Positions 48,412 through 58,842 of a stretch of DNA of 64,000 nt are shown in pieces (within the stretch, counting starts at the first letter, position 1; each line of letters starts with the position of its first letter). The position numbers and the translations under genes were made by a program. The notes beneath the pieces are model-generated. The model was not told the DNA's origin. It saw only the letters and a list, made by a program, of their open reading frames with translations, and searched no databases. Origin of the DNA: Minisyncoccota bacterium (GTDB taxonomy: Bacteria > Patescibacteriota > Minisyncoccia > Minisyncoccales > JAQTVQ01); NCBI GenBank assembly GCA_041657385.1, contig JBBABZ010000003.1, forward strand, positions 8,820 to 72,819, given 5' to 3'.

Positions 48412-49608
48412 ATGGATAAGAAGAACAAAACTAACTGGCAAATAAAAAAACTTGGCGAGGTTTGTGATTTTGAGGGCGGTTCGCAACCGCCTAAAGTTAA
48501 TTTTATTCACGAACCAAGAAAAGGTTATGTGCGCTTTTTACAAATAAGAGATTTTGGAAGCGATAAACACATTACATATATCCCAGACTCGAAGAAAAAT
48601 AGACACTGCACAGAGGATGATATTTTACTTGGTAGATACGGAGCTTCCGTTGGAAAAATATTGATCAATAAAAAGGGAGCATATAATGTAGCTGTAATGA
48701 AAACATTGCCCAAATACGATCTTTTAGATAAAAAGTATTTCTATTTTTATTTAATTTCAGATGAGTTTCAAAAGCGTTTAAGCAAGGTGGCGGCTAGGTC
48801 AGCACAAGCAGGATTTAGTAAAGATGATATTTATGACTTTCCAGTTGTAACGCCGCCCCTCCCTGAACAACGCCGTATTGTGAAAATTTTGGATGAGGTT
48901 TTCGAGAAGACGGCGAAGGCGAAAGAAAATGCGCAAAAAAATCTGCAAAATGCCAAAGAGCTTTTTGAATCGTATTTGCAGAGTGTTTTTGCTCCTCCTT
49001 CGCTAAAGTTAAGAGCGGACAAGGAACCATCGGGAACGAATTGGAAGGAAAAAAAATTGGGAGAAATCGCATCTTTTTCGCAGGGAATACAAGTTGGGTT
49101 AGAAAAACATTTGACGGAGCCAAAAAAAGATTATGTTAGATTTATCAGGATTGTCGATTACACTCAGGACACAGAAGATATCAGATATATTCCAAATCCT
49201 GGAGATAAATATTTTGTTAATGAGAATGATATCGTAATGGTCCGGTATGGCACACCTGGTTTAATCGGGAGAGGAAAAGCGGGTGTAATTGCCAATAATC
49301 TATTCAAGATAACAATAGATAAAAATTATTTGTTGAACGATTATTTATGTTTTTACCTATCTCAAAAAAATATACAAATTTATTTAAGTACCCGAGGTTC
49401 TGCTACTATGCCTGCATTAAATTTTGGGCAGCTTAAAACAGTAGTTATCAATTTTCCATCATTATCCGAGCAAAAAGCGATTGTTGCCAAACTTGATGCA
49501 CTTTCTACCGAAACTAAAAAATTGGAGGCGATTTATAAACAAAAATTAGCGGATTTAGATGAGCTGAAAAAGTCAGTTCTTAAACGTGCCTTTATTGGTG
49601 ATTTATAA
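48412..49608 (+). CDS. hsdS: Type I RM specificity subunit
   Basis: Two TRDs starting W..KKLGE; PPLPEQRRIV and PSLSEQKAIV conserved repeats. Confidence 0.96.
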   Translation: MDKKNKTNWQIKKLGEVCDFEGGSQPPKVNFIHEPRKGYVRFLQIRDFGSDKHITYIPDSKKNRHCTEDDILLGRYGASVGKILINKKGAYNVAVMKTLPKYDLLDKKYFYFYLISDEFQKRLSKVAARSAQAGFSKDDIYDFPVVTPPLPEQRRIVKILDEVFEKTAKAKENAQKNLQNAKELFESYLQSVFAPPSLKLRADKEPSGTNWKEKKLGEIASFSQGIQVGLEKHLTEPKKDYVRFIRIVDYTQDTEDIRYIPNPGDKYFVNENDIVMVRYGTPGLIGRGKAGVIANNLFKITIDKNYLLNDYLCFYLSQKNIQIYLSTRGSATMPALNFGQLKTVVINFPSLSEQKAIVAKLDALSTETKKLEAIYKQKLADLDELKKSVLKRAFIGDL

Positions 49609-49620
49609 TAAACTACATTT

Positions 49621-52011
49621 ATGAACGAATCAGAAACACGAGCCGAATATATTGACCCGAAACTTAAAGCGAGCGGATGGGGCGAAGTTGAGGGATCAAA
49701 AGTCCATCGCGAATTTCGTATTACCGAAGGTAAAATTCAAGCTGGCGGAATGCGGGGCAAGCCGGAAATTGCCGACTATATTTTGGTTTATAAAAACCGT
49801 AAAATTGGCGTGATCGAAGCCAAAGCCGAAAACTTGGAAGCCACTGAAGGTGTAGCGCAAGCCAAAGCGTATGCGCAAAAATTGCAGATTGATTATACTT
49901 ACGCCACCAACGGCAAAGAGATTTACGAAATATCTATGAAAACCGGGCGAGAAGGGATTATCGCCGATTTTCCAACTCCTGATGAATTGTGGAATAAGAC
50001 ATATTCTGACCAAAACGAATGGAAAGAAAAGTTTGCGAGCGTGCCAAACGAGGGCGAATACGGCAAGCGCTATTATCAAGAAATCGCCATCAATAATATT
50101 CTAAACGCTGTAGCGGAAGAAAAAAGCAGAATTCTTTTAACTATGGCAACCGGTACCGGAAAAACTGCTGTAGCTTTTCAGGTCGCCTGGAAACTTTTTC
50201 AAACTCGCTGGAATTTGAAACGCGATGGCGCCCGCCGACCGAGAATTTTATTTTTAGCTGACAGGAATATTTTAGCCGATCAAGCGTTCAACGCTTTTTC
50301 CGCTTTTGATAAAGATGCACTTGTCCGCATTAATCCGTTGGATATTCGCAAAAAGGGCGGAGTCCCGATGAGCGGCAGCGTTTATTTCACAATTTTTCAA
50401 ACTTTTATGAGCGGCCAGGGCGGCAGCCCGTATTTCGGCGATTATCCGGCCGACTTTTTTGATTTTATTATAATTGACGAGTGCCATCGCGGCGGAGCCA
50501 ACGATGAAAGCAATTGGCGGGGGATTTTGGAATATTTTTCACCGGCGGTCCAGCTTGGTCTGACTGCCACGCCAAAACGGGCAGATAATATTGATACTTA
50601 TAAGTATTTTGGCGAACCGGTTTATATTTATTCGCTTAAAGAGGGCGTAAATGATGGTTTTTTAACGCCTTTCAAGGTTAAACGGATCAAAACTACGCTT
50701 GATGATTATGTTTATACTTCCGACGATCAAATCATTGAAGGAGAAGTAGAAGAAGGGAAAATTTATGAAGAACCAGATTTCAATCGGATTATTGTTATTA
50801 AAGAACGCGAAGCCAAAAGAGTTCGCGTATTATTGGACGAAATAAATCAAAACGAAAAGACGATTATATTTTGCGCGACCCAAGATCATGCGTTGGCCGT
50901 TCGTGATTTGGTGAATCAAATGAAGAAAAGCAAAGACCCGAATTATTGCGTGCGCGTAACGGCAAATGATGGCGCCCGAGGCGATCAGTTTTTACGTGAA
51001 TTTCAAGATAACGAAAAAACGATCCCGACAATTCTTACAACATCGCAAAAACTTTCTACTGGCGTTGATGCTCGTAATATTAGAAATATTGTTTTAATGC
51101 GACCGGTAAATTCAATGATTGAGTTCAAACAGATCATTGGCCGCGGAACCAGGCTTTTTGATGGAAAGGAATACTTCACGATTTATGATTTTGTGGATGC
51201 CTATAAACATTTCTCCGATCCGGAATGGGATGGCGAACCGGTCGACGAAATATGCTCAAAGTGCGGGAAAGAACCTTGTATTTGTGAAAAGGAACCTCCT
51301 CAAATATGTTCAATATGCGGGAAAGAACCATGTGAATGCGAAAAACCGCCTAAGCTTTGCCCAATATGCGGCAAACTGCCATGCGAATGTAAAAATCAAC
51401 CAAAGAAAAAATTGAAAATAAAACTGCGTGATGGTAAGGAGCGCGAGATAAAGCATATGATCTCCACTTCTTTTTGGGGTGCCGATGGCAAGCCGATCTC
51501 TATTCAAGAGTTTATGGACAATATGTTTGGTACTATGCCGGAATTTTTCAAAAGCGAAGAAGAGCTGAGAAAGATTTGGTCGAATCCGACAACGCGGAAA
51601 GCGTTTTTAGAAAAAATTGCCGAAGCTGGTTATGGCAAAGACGAATTGGAAACGCTGCAAAAAATGATTGATGCCGAGCAAAGCGATTTGTTTGATGTTT
51701 TGTCATACATATCATTCTTAACTCAGCCAATTTCAAGAGTGCAGCGAGTAGAACAAGCAAAAGACAACATTTTTGAAGGCTTAGAAGAAAAACAAAAAGA
51801 ATTTTTAGATTTTGTTTTATCAAAATACGAACAAAAAGGCGTTGAGGAGCTTGATGAAGAAAAATTACCGATCTTACTAAATTTAAAATATCATTCGCCA
51901 GCTGATGCAATAAACATTCTCGGTGATGTAGAAAACATTCGATCAATTTTCTTCGCCTTTCAGAAAAATTTGTATGCCAAAACGAGCAAGGAGTACGCGC
52001 AGAAGAATTGA
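49621..52011 (+). CDS. hsdR: Type I restriction subunit R (EcoAI/EcoEI-like)
   Basis: ADY..IEAK nuclease, ATGTGKT, DECHRG, LTATP, QIIGRGTR. Confidence 0.96.
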   Translation: MNESETRAEYIDPKLKASGWGEVEGSKVHREFRITEGKIQAGGMRGKPEIADYILVYKNRKIGVIEAKAENLEATEGVAQAKAYAQKLQIDYTYATNGKEIYEISMKTGREGIIADFPTPDELWNKTYSDQNEWKEKFASVPNEGEYGKRYYQEIAINNILNAVAEEKSRILLTMATGTGKTAVAFQVAWKLFQTRWNLKRDGARRPRILFLADRNILADQAFNAFSAFDKDALVRINPLDIRKKGGVPMSGSVYFTIFQTFMSGQGGSPYFGDYPADFFDFIIIDECHRGGANDESNWRGILEYFSPAVQLGLTATPKRADNIDTYKYFGEPVYIYSLKEGVNDGFLTPFKVKRIKTTLDDYVYTSDDQIIEGEVEEGKIYEEPDFNRIIVIKEREAKRVRVLLDEINQNEKTIIFCATQDHALAVRDLVNQMKKSKDPNYCVRVTANDGARGDQFLREFQDNEKTIPTILTTSQKLSTGVDARNIRNIVLMRPVNSMIEFKQIIGRGTRLFDGKEYFTIYDFVDAYKHFSDPEWDGEPVDEICSKCGKEPCICEKEPPQICSICGKEPCECEKPPKLCPICGKLPCECKNQPKKKLKIKLRDGKEREIKHMISTSFWGADGKPISIQEFMDNMFGTMPEFFKSEEELRKIWSNPTTRKAFLEKIAEAGYGKDELETLQKMIDAEQSDLFDVLSYISFLTQPISRVQRVEQAKDNIFEGLEEKQKEFLDFVLSKYEQKGVEELDEEKLPILLNLKYHSPADAINILGDVENIRSIFFAFQKNLYAKTSKEYAQKN

Positions 52012-52128
52012 AGAAATATTATTGGGATAGTTCCTTTAAGGCAATATCCGAAGTAGGGATTTAAAAAGTAGTCTTCGACAAATCTTCTAAAGGTTTCAAA
52101 AAATAATGATTTATTTAATAAGCAAAAC

Positions 52129-52965
52129 ATGGAATTAAGAGACAGGATGCAAGAATTTAATCAACGCTGGAATGTTGAAAATAATGAATCGTATGGTGAG
52201 AGTTTTGCGAAATTTAAGATTCGCATTCTTAATATCTTAAAAAATATAGATAACCAAGTTACGGAAGGCAGCGTAACTTTATTTTGCCAATTGTATGGCA
52301 TACCAGAAAGTTGGGGATCTTATTCAGGGAGACGCAGATTGAGTGCGAACATTATCAATAGGATTAATGGTGAGAACAATGAAGTGGAGTTTTACAGGTT
52401 GCTAGAGGTTATTTTTTCTTTAGATATCCGTAGCCTCGATGGATATGGCGGATGGGAAGAATATAATAAGCGAAGCATCTATAAGGAAGTATGCCAAGCC
52501 ATTGGATTTTCAGATGTGAACCTTGCCACAACCATGACAGAAAAAGGGGAAATAATTTTTTATCCTAAGGGAGAAGAATTGTTAGATAACGAGCTTGTCA
52601 ATTTTGTTTTAAGCTTTTTATCGGTGGAGAGTAACAAACATTTTGAAGAAGCCCTTGGTTTTTATGGCGCCAAAAAATGGGTTAAATGTGCCGAGAGCTT
52701 ACGCCGTTCCCTTGAACAATATTTGCGAAAAAAGTTCAATAATAATATCGGCCTCAAGACGAATATCGTTGAAATCGGGAAAAAGTTAAAGAACCAAAAT
52801 TCGCCAGCGCAGATTAGAAGTATTGTTTCTATAATCTTTGGCCATCTTGATCAGTTTTTTAACGATAATAGCAAACACAATGATGGCGAGTTGGAAGAAT
52901 CTGATGCTGAATTTTTGATTTACCAAACAGCATTACTTATGCGTTATATCGAGAAATATCTCTAA
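52129..52965 (+). CDS. Hypothetical protein, possibly AbiJ/Abi-C-like
   Basis: C-terminal LRRSLE...N...KH pattern; defence-island context. Confidence 0.5.
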   Translation: MELRDRMQEFNQRWNVENNESYGESFAKFKIRILNILKNIDNQVTEGSVTLFCQLYGIPESWGSYSGRRRLSANIINRINGENNEVEFYRLLEVIFSLDIRSLDGYGGWEEYNKRSIYKEVCQAIGFSDVNLATTMTEKGEIIFYPKGEELLDNELVNFVLSFLSVESNKHFEEALGFYGAKKWVKCAESLRRSLEQYLRKKFNNNIGLKTNIVEIGKKLKNQNSPAQIRSIVSIIFGHLDQFFNDNSKHNDGELEESDAEFLIYQTALLMRYIEKYL

Positions 52966-52987
52966 AATCTTAACAGGAACAAATTAC

Positions 52988-53485
52988 GTGAATTTTTTAG
53001 CCGAAGATCTATTAAAAATTAAAACATTGGATCACTCTAAAATTCAAGCGTGGATCAAGCGGTATTTTTATGATTGTGGCTACTATTCCCGAACGGAAAA
53101 GGAAGTTTGGCGGGATAGAAAAGGCCGGATCGATGTGTTCGCCCAAAAGGGGAGCTATACGGTCGGGATCGAAGTCGATCACAGCTCGATCCGGCTGAAC
53201 TCAATTGAAAAGTTGAACGCACTTAATCCGTCTTTGGCGGTTTTTGTTTTAAAGGGGAAAGTTTTCAATTGGGAAAAAACTTATTCTCGTTTCAAATTTT
53301 TAAAGGTGAAATCTTTGATAATCCATTTGCAGACGAAAAGGTACAAGTGGGTCTGTCCCCAAGAGAAAAATTCTTGTAAAATAGACGAAAGTGTGGATAT
53401 TTACAATAAAAAAATACTTTCTAAAATGTGCCAAAATACAGATTCAGAAAATTTGAAAAAAGCCAAACGCCCCTCAAATTCATAA
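52988..53485 (+). CDS. Small PD-(D/E)xK nuclease-like protein
   Basis: E....GRIDV......GIEVD. Confidence 0.55.
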   Translation: MNFLAEDLLKIKTLDHSKIQAWIKRYFYDCGYYSRTEKEVWRDRKGRIDVFAQKGSYTVGIEVDHSSIRLNSIEKLNALNPSLAVFVLKGKVFNWEKTYSRFKFLKVKSLIIHLQTKRYKWVCPQEKNSCKIDESVDIYNKKILSKMCQNTDSENLKKAKRPSNS

Positions 53486-54282
53486 TCGGGCCTAAAGATA
53501 TTTTAATACTCCAAGACCTTGCCGCCTATAAGTTTTTAGATTCAAAACATATATTAGCCTTGCATCCGGAAATAAAGGAAAGAAGCCTTCAATCAAGGCT
53601 TCATTTGCTTTTCCACGGAGGATTGGTGGAGCGGCCGCCAAGCCAATTCACATACTTCCAAAAGGCGGCCCATATCGTTTACAGCCTGACCAAGAAAGGA
53701 GCGGAGCTGGTTTCTCAAGATATGGGAGTTTCCGATCAAGTAAAACAGCCCAAAAATATGGGCGTGTCTTTTTTACAGCACTCGCTGATGATCTCCAATT
53801 TCAAAACAATTCTGGAATTGGCCTTAAAAGAAAACGGCCAGTCAAAACTTTCTTTTTGGAGCGAGCCGAAAACCATTGATGTGATCTATTCCGGCGGCGA
53901 AAGGCTGCCAATCGCACCGGACGCGTTTTTCACGATAGAGGATAAGGATTATTTGATGCATTTTTTCCTTGAAGTGGACCGCTCAACGATGGCGCTTGAG
54001 CGGATGGTAAAGAAATTCAAAGGATACTGGGATTGGCGCGCCGAAGGCGGACACAAGCGAAAGCTGAAGATTTCCAATTTCCGCGTGCTGACGGTGGCCT
54101 TAACCGAAGACCGCAAAGAGAATATAAGAAAGATCGCTAGAAAAGCGGATGACAATCAAACCGGCAGCGAAATGTTCTGGTTTGCCTGTGAAAAAGCGTA
54201 TAATTTAGAAAACACCGGAAAGATATTGGATCCCATTTGGAAAACTTCGAAAAATGAAAATTTACACCATATATTGGAATAA
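53428..54282 (+). CDS. Replication-relaxation (Replic_Relax) family protein
   Basis: Winged-helix N-terminus, HSL, PDAFF, FLEVDRSTM, K...Y. Confidence 0.88.
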   Translation: MPKYRFRKFEKSQTPLKFIIGPKDILILQDLAAYKFLDSKHILALHPEIKERSLQSRLHLLFHGGLVERPPSQFTYFQKAAHIVYSLTKKGAELVSQDMGVSDQVKQPKNMGVSFLQHSLMISNFKTILELALKENGQSKLSFWSEPKTIDVIYSGGERLPIAPDAFFTIEDKDYLMHFFLEVDRSTMALERMVKKFKGYWDWRAEGGHKRKLKISNFRVLTVALTEDRKENIRKIARKADDNQTGSEMFWFACEKAYNLENTGKILDPIWKTSKNENLHHILE

Positions 54283-54330
54283 AGGTCGGCCAGGTTTTAA
54301 ATGTAATATTTTAACGCAACAATAAAACTT

Positions 54331-54837
54331 ATGTTTGCAAGAATAAAACAGGAAGCGATCTTGGAGAGTTGGGGAACTTTGGTCGGATCTGTCAGCGGCC
54401 GGAGCGAGGAATTTTTTAGAAAGACGGGAGAAGCCATAAATAGCTATAAAGTGCCATTTCTTGTAATGGACTATAAGGAAGTTGCTCCCAGTTTTGAAAA
54501 GGGGCTTTTCGGCAAAAAGCGTCCGGCCATCATCGTAACAAACAGAAAAATGCCTGAATATAAGATGTTTATCATGTGCAGGGATTATGGAACGCAACTT
54601 TCGATTTCTTGGTATCTTCTTTCCGCCAGCCCGTTGATGTACGCGATAACGACATTTGCGCAGACCTTAGCGCAAACAAAGAAGCCCATGGATGTATTTC
54701 AACTTGAAGAGCTTTCGTGCTGGACGGCAACCGTCCATCACGCGACAACCGCCGCCTCAAAAGAGATCGCCGAATCGGTTGGCTTCGATTTCTCCAAGGT
54801 TGATCAAAAATCAAGAGGTTTTTTAAATATTTCTTAA
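54331..54837 (+). CDS. Hypothetical protein in the mobilization module
   Basis: 168-aa ORF coupled to the downstream ATPase. Confidence 0.7.
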   Translation: MFARIKQEAILESWGTLVGSVSGRSEEFFRKTGEAINSYKVPFLVMDYKEVAPSFEKGLFGKKRPAIIVTNRKMPEYKMFIMCRDYGTQLSISWYLLSASPLMYAITTFAQTLAQTKKPMDVFQLEELSCWTATVHHATTAASKEIAESVGFDFSKVDQKSRGFLNIS

Positions 54838-54838
54838 A

Positions 54839-56383
54839 ATGATTCCAGGCTGGTTGCGCCAATTCTTGGAAAAAGCCAAAGCGGTTTTGAAAAAGATTTG
54901 GGCCATCTTGAATAAGGATATTTTCGTCAAACCGCGTCCGTCAAAACCGGATGCGGCGAATGAAGTGCCTCCAGAAAGGAGGCTGGATTTGGGCTACGCT
55001 TGGGGCGTTGACGAGAAAACGAATATGGAAGGCTTTACCCAGAGAAAAGCGATCTATACGGATTATCGAAAGACGCATTTTTATATAATTGGCGCAACCG
55101 GCACCGGCAAGACCAAGTTTTTGGAGTCGCTCATTATCCAGGACCTCGTGAATGGCGAAGGCTTTGCGGTTATAGATCCGCACGGCGATCTGACCGAGAA
55201 TATCAAGGGTTGGCTGTATCACAAAACGCAAAAAGATTTTCAAAAGGATATTATTTTGATCGAGCCGACTAATCTTGAAAAGACCGTTAGTTTCAACCCC
55301 TTGGAGCCGATACCGGGCATCTCAAGCTCGGAGATCGCCAGCGAGCTGGTGGAAGTGTTTAGAAAGATTTGGATCGATTCCTGGGGCGAGCGGATGGCCG
55401 ATATAATGCGCAACTCTTTGATCGCGCTGGTGGAAAACGGCCTGACCTTGGCCGAATTGCCGCCGTTTTTGACAAATACCGCTTTCCGTAGAAAAGTGAT
55501 GCGTAATGTGAAGAATCCAACCTGCTTGGAACGGCTCGAATATTTCAATTCTTTGCCGCCTTCCACTTGGCGGGAATGGATCGAATCGACCTTGAATAAA
55601 GTAGATGCTTTTCTTTCGGATGCGAGGATCCGTGATATATTCTCTTCGCCTAAAAGTTCTTTCAACCTTCGGGAAATTATGGACAGCGGGAAAATCCTGC
55701 TGGTCAATCTAAGCCGGGGAAGACTGAAAGGCGGAGCCAATCTTTTGGGAGCGCTTCTGGTCAGCAAAATCCAGATGGCCGCTTTTTCCCGTGCCGATAT
55801 GCCGCAAACCAGCCGAAAGCAGTTTTATCTTTACATCGACGAGTTTCAAAATTTTGCCACGGAAAGTTTTGTCGAGATGTTAAGCGAGGCGCGGAAATAC
55901 AAACTTTCCCTGATAATGGCGCACCAGAATTTAAGCCAGCTCCCAAGAACTTTGAAGGATTCTATCCTTGCCAATTGCGGCATTCAAGCCTGTTTTCGCG
56001 TTAATCGTGAAGATGCCCAATTGCTGGCCAAGGAGCTGTTAAGCCCGCTTTACCAGCACCAGCCCGGCTGGGAGCTGAACATCCAGCGCTTGCAGGAACT
56101 GCCGCCGCGGACCTGCTTTGTGGCCAACCGGATGGAAGGCGGGATAATTTATATCTCCACGCCGGACGTGCCTAATCCTTGGGAGCTTATCTGGGGCGAA
56201 GAAGACGGCGAATGGAAGACTTATGACGAGGAAACTTTTCGCAGATTTATGGATGTAATGGGTTACGGTGCCTCTTATTTGCGGGATAGGGCCGAAGTAG
56301 AGGAGGAATATCTGCAAAGGTATACCGAGCTCGTTAAAAGCAAGGAAGGAGAGAATTTCAGGGAAAGAAAAGGCCAAATTTGA
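54839..56383 (+). CDS. VirD4/TraG-like coupling ATPase
   Basis: GATGTGKT, DPHGD, FNPL, YIDEFQNF, EARKY, AHQ. Confidence 0.9.
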   Translation: MIPGWLRQFLEKAKAVLKKIWAILNKDIFVKPRPSKPDAANEVPPERRLDLGYAWGVDEKTNMEGFTQRKAIYTDYRKTHFYIIGATGTGKTKFLESLIIQDLVNGEGFAVIDPHGDLTENIKGWLYHKTQKDFQKDIILIEPTNLEKTVSFNPLEPIPGISSSEIASELVEVFRKIWIDSWGERMADIMRNSLIALVENGLTLAELPPFLTNTAFRRKVMRNVKNPTCLERLEYFNSLPPSTWREWIESTLNKVDAFLSDARIRDIFSSPKSSFNLREIMDSGKILLVNLSRGRLKGGANLLGALLVSKIQMAAFSRADMPQTSRKQFYLYIDEFQNFATESFVEMLSEARKYKLSLIMAHQNLSQLPRTLKDSILANCGIQACFRVNREDAQLLAKELLSPLYQHQPGWELNIQRLQELPPRTCFVANRMEGGIIYISTPDVPNPWELIWGEEDGEWKTYDEETFRRFMDVMGYGASYLRDRAEVEEEYLQRYTELVKSKEGENFRERKGQI

Positions 56384-56430
56384 AGAAATCCTTTACTTCT
56401 TTACTGTTTGTATAGTAAGAATAAGGCAAT

Positions 56431-57180
56431 ATGGATTTTATAGCTTCAAACTTAATAACTCCGGCCATAATTATTTCTGCGGCCGCCTATCTTACAAGAT
56501 TTTACGGTAAGGTTATCTCAGATCGAAAACCATTTTCTGACGATCGAGATTGGGAGATCGAATTTTCCGGAATTCTTTTTTTTATAACCATGCTCCTCTC
56601 TGTTGTGCCTGGGATTTTTAGCGCTTTAAAAATCGGTTGGCTTTTCCCTTTTGAGTGCCCTATAATTATGATTGTCTTTTTTTCGACGCTTTGGTTATCG
56701 ATTAGTATAGATATTCTTATTGATAAAAACACATATAAAAAGATATACGATATCAAAATTCCATTTATCCAAAATTTATTTAAATCAGCTAAAGATGACA
56801 GGACAAGATTAAAAGAACCCAACGCAAAATTTTGGACCATTAACGAATATGTGATACTTTGGTTTTTCCCATTCTTATATACATATATTTTGACCATCGA
56901 ATACCAGTCTCAAAATATAGAACGGTTATTCTCCGCAGGGCTCCTCGTTTTTTTAAATTCTATTTTAATAGCACTATTCTACTCACTAAGGAGAAATCGG
57001 CCACGGAAAGCTGATATAATTTTTATAAATAGAGAAAGGTCTCTTTTTGATGTGCTGTTATTAAAGGTAAATAATGATAATGTTCGCATTAAGCAGAAAG
57101 AGAAGGTTTCTATTATTAATAAAGACCAAATTGAGAGGATAGAATTACTTCCGATAAAAGATAATGCTAAAAAATATTAG
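56431..57180 (+). CDS. Multi-TM hypothetical protein
   Basis: About five hydrophobic segments; AT-rich. Confidence 0.7.
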   Translation: MDFIASNLITPAIIISAAAYLTRFYGKVISDRKPFSDDRDWEIEFSGILFFITMLLSVVPGIFSALKIGWLFPFECPIIMIVFFSTLWLSISIDILIDKNTYKKIYDIKIPFIQNLFKSAKDDRTRLKEPNAKFWTINEYVILWFFPFLYTYILTIEYQSQNIERLFSAGLLVFLNSILIALFYSLRRNRPRKADIIFINRERSLFDVLLLKVNNDNVRIKQKEKVSIINKDQIERIELLPIKDNAKKY

Positions 57181-57201
57181 AATTAATTAAAAAAACGATA
57201 A

Positions 57202-57984
57202 ATGCCAGATAAGATTATCATTTACCCGGAATTTACTATAGAAGAAATGGAGAGCGCTTTGTCTCCTTTTATGTCGAGTAGAACCCATAGCAGAAATATA
57301 GCTTACAGTTTGCAATTTTTGAAATATTGCGAAGAATTGATAAAACAAAAAATTGAGGTTAAATTTGCGATAGATTCTATCTTCTCAAAAGCGATGACCG
57401 TTATAGCATCTTCTGTCATAGAATGTTTGATATTTGATTCTTTAAAGAAAAATGATTGTTGCTTAGAGAAATGGAAAGACTTCCAACCTCCAACAGAGTT
57501 ACCGATTTATAAAGATGATCCAAACAGAAGGGTGAGGATAGTTTATCAAGAAAAAATAGAAGAGCCTCTAGACAAGTTTGTTCCTTTCGGAATGGCTATA
57601 AACTTAGCTATTGAAAATCAAATTATTGATAGTGGGATTAGATCATCGCTCGACAAAGTAAAAAGCGCAAGAGATTTGATACATATCAGAGGCGGCGAGG
57701 ATTTGGATATGAAAAAAATTAATTTAGATTTTTATTTTAAAATTACGCGGCCTACCTTAATAAAGATAATGGAGAAATTAAAACTAAAAAAAGCTATAGA
57801 ACTATTTGAATTGAGCAAAGCATCAGAATCAAAACCAAAAGAGATTGTTAAAAAACCATATTATAAGGGAGCTTCTATGGTTTGGTCTGTATCTAATAAG
57901 AAATGGTATTTAGTTAAAAAAGAAGGGGGGTTGGTTGATTTTCTTGGGGAGGAGAAAGATATTGAATGGCGAATTGTAAAATAA
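57202..57984 (+). CDS. Hypothetical protein with a HEPN-like R-x-x-x-H motif
   Basis: SVIE...RDLIH; weak family call. Confidence 0.5.
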   Translation: MPDKIIIYPEFTIEEMESALSPFMSSRTHSRNIAYSLQFLKYCEELIKQKIEVKFAIDSIFSKAMTVIASSVIECLIFDSLKKNDCCLEKWKDFQPPTELPIYKDDPNRRVRIVYQEKIEEPLDKFVPFGMAINLAIENQIIDSGIRSSLDKVKSARDLIHIRGGEDLDMKKINLDFYFKITRPTLIKIMEKLKLKKAIELFELSKASESKPKEIVKKPYYKGASMVWSVSNKKWYLVKKEGGLVDFLGEEKDIEWRIVK

Positions 57985-58003
57985 ATATAAGATCAAAAAT
58001 AAA

Positions 58004-58816
58004 ATGCAAATTGATTCACCCGATATCAACGCGTTAATAAAGGATATTTTGCCGATCGAGGCTTCTTTCACCGGAGATCCCGGCCGTCCGGAGTCGGAAC
58101 AGGCTGTGGCGCAAAGCATAGAACGGTGGAGATTAAGCTATTTAAAAGAGCTGGAGGCGAACAATTCCCTTGATGATATCAAAAAATTCAAAGTTTTTAT
58201 CACCAGCCTATTATTAAGGGCCAACAGAGGCGAGGTCGGCGGGAGATTGTATAGGGCTCTTAACGATAGAATAAACGATTTCAAAGATCTGGATAGGAAA
58301 ACCGTCGCAGCCGTTTTAAAAGATGCTGGTTACCGTTTCCAACTTCAAGGCATAGAGACGGTGCTGGATGCCAAAAAATTATTGCTTGATAGGTATCAAG
58401 GCAGCTGGGATGGATATTTTAAAGAAGCAAAAGAAAATTACAGAAATAATTTTCCAGATGACGATTTTTTAAAGATAAAGGGGGTGGGCTTCAAGGTAAG
58501 AGATCTGGCCTCGAGCTGTTTTTTAAAAGAATATTCCGCTAATGATTTTCATGTAGTGGATGTTCTAGTAAGGACAGGTTTGATTTTATACGGATACGGC
58601 AATTTTAATTTTGGAACTAATCCTAATAATAACGAAAACTATTTATTTTTAAGGAATTTGATAATCAATATCTCCGAGCAAACACCTTATTCCCCAGGAG
58701 AAATTGATAGAATTTTTTGGCATTTCGGTCGGGCAGTTTGCAAAAGTAAGCCGTTGTGTGAAAAATGCTTCATTAAAAATATATGTTTGACCTATAGAAA
58801 TATAAAAGAGATTTGA
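58004..58816 (+). CDS. HhH-GPD/endonuclease III-like DNA glycosylase with 4Fe-4S motif
   Basis: IKGVGFKV HhH, DFHV..V..RTG, C-x6-C-x2-C-x5-C. Confidence 0.85.
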   Translation: MQIDSPDINALIKDILPIEASFTGDPGRPESEQAVAQSIERWRLSYLKELEANNSLDDIKKFKVFITSLLLRANRGEVGGRLYRALNDRINDFKDLDRKTVAAVLKDAGYRFQLQGIETVLDAKKLLLDRYQGSWDGYFKEAKENYRNNFPDDDFLKIKGVGFKVRDLASSCFLKEYSANDFHVVDVLVRTGLILYGYGNFNFGTNPNNNENYLFLRNLIINISEQTPYSPGEIDRIFWHFGRAVCKSKPLCEKCFIKNICLTYRNIKEI

Positions 58817-58842
58817 TAGGAAACTAAAAATTACAATATTTT

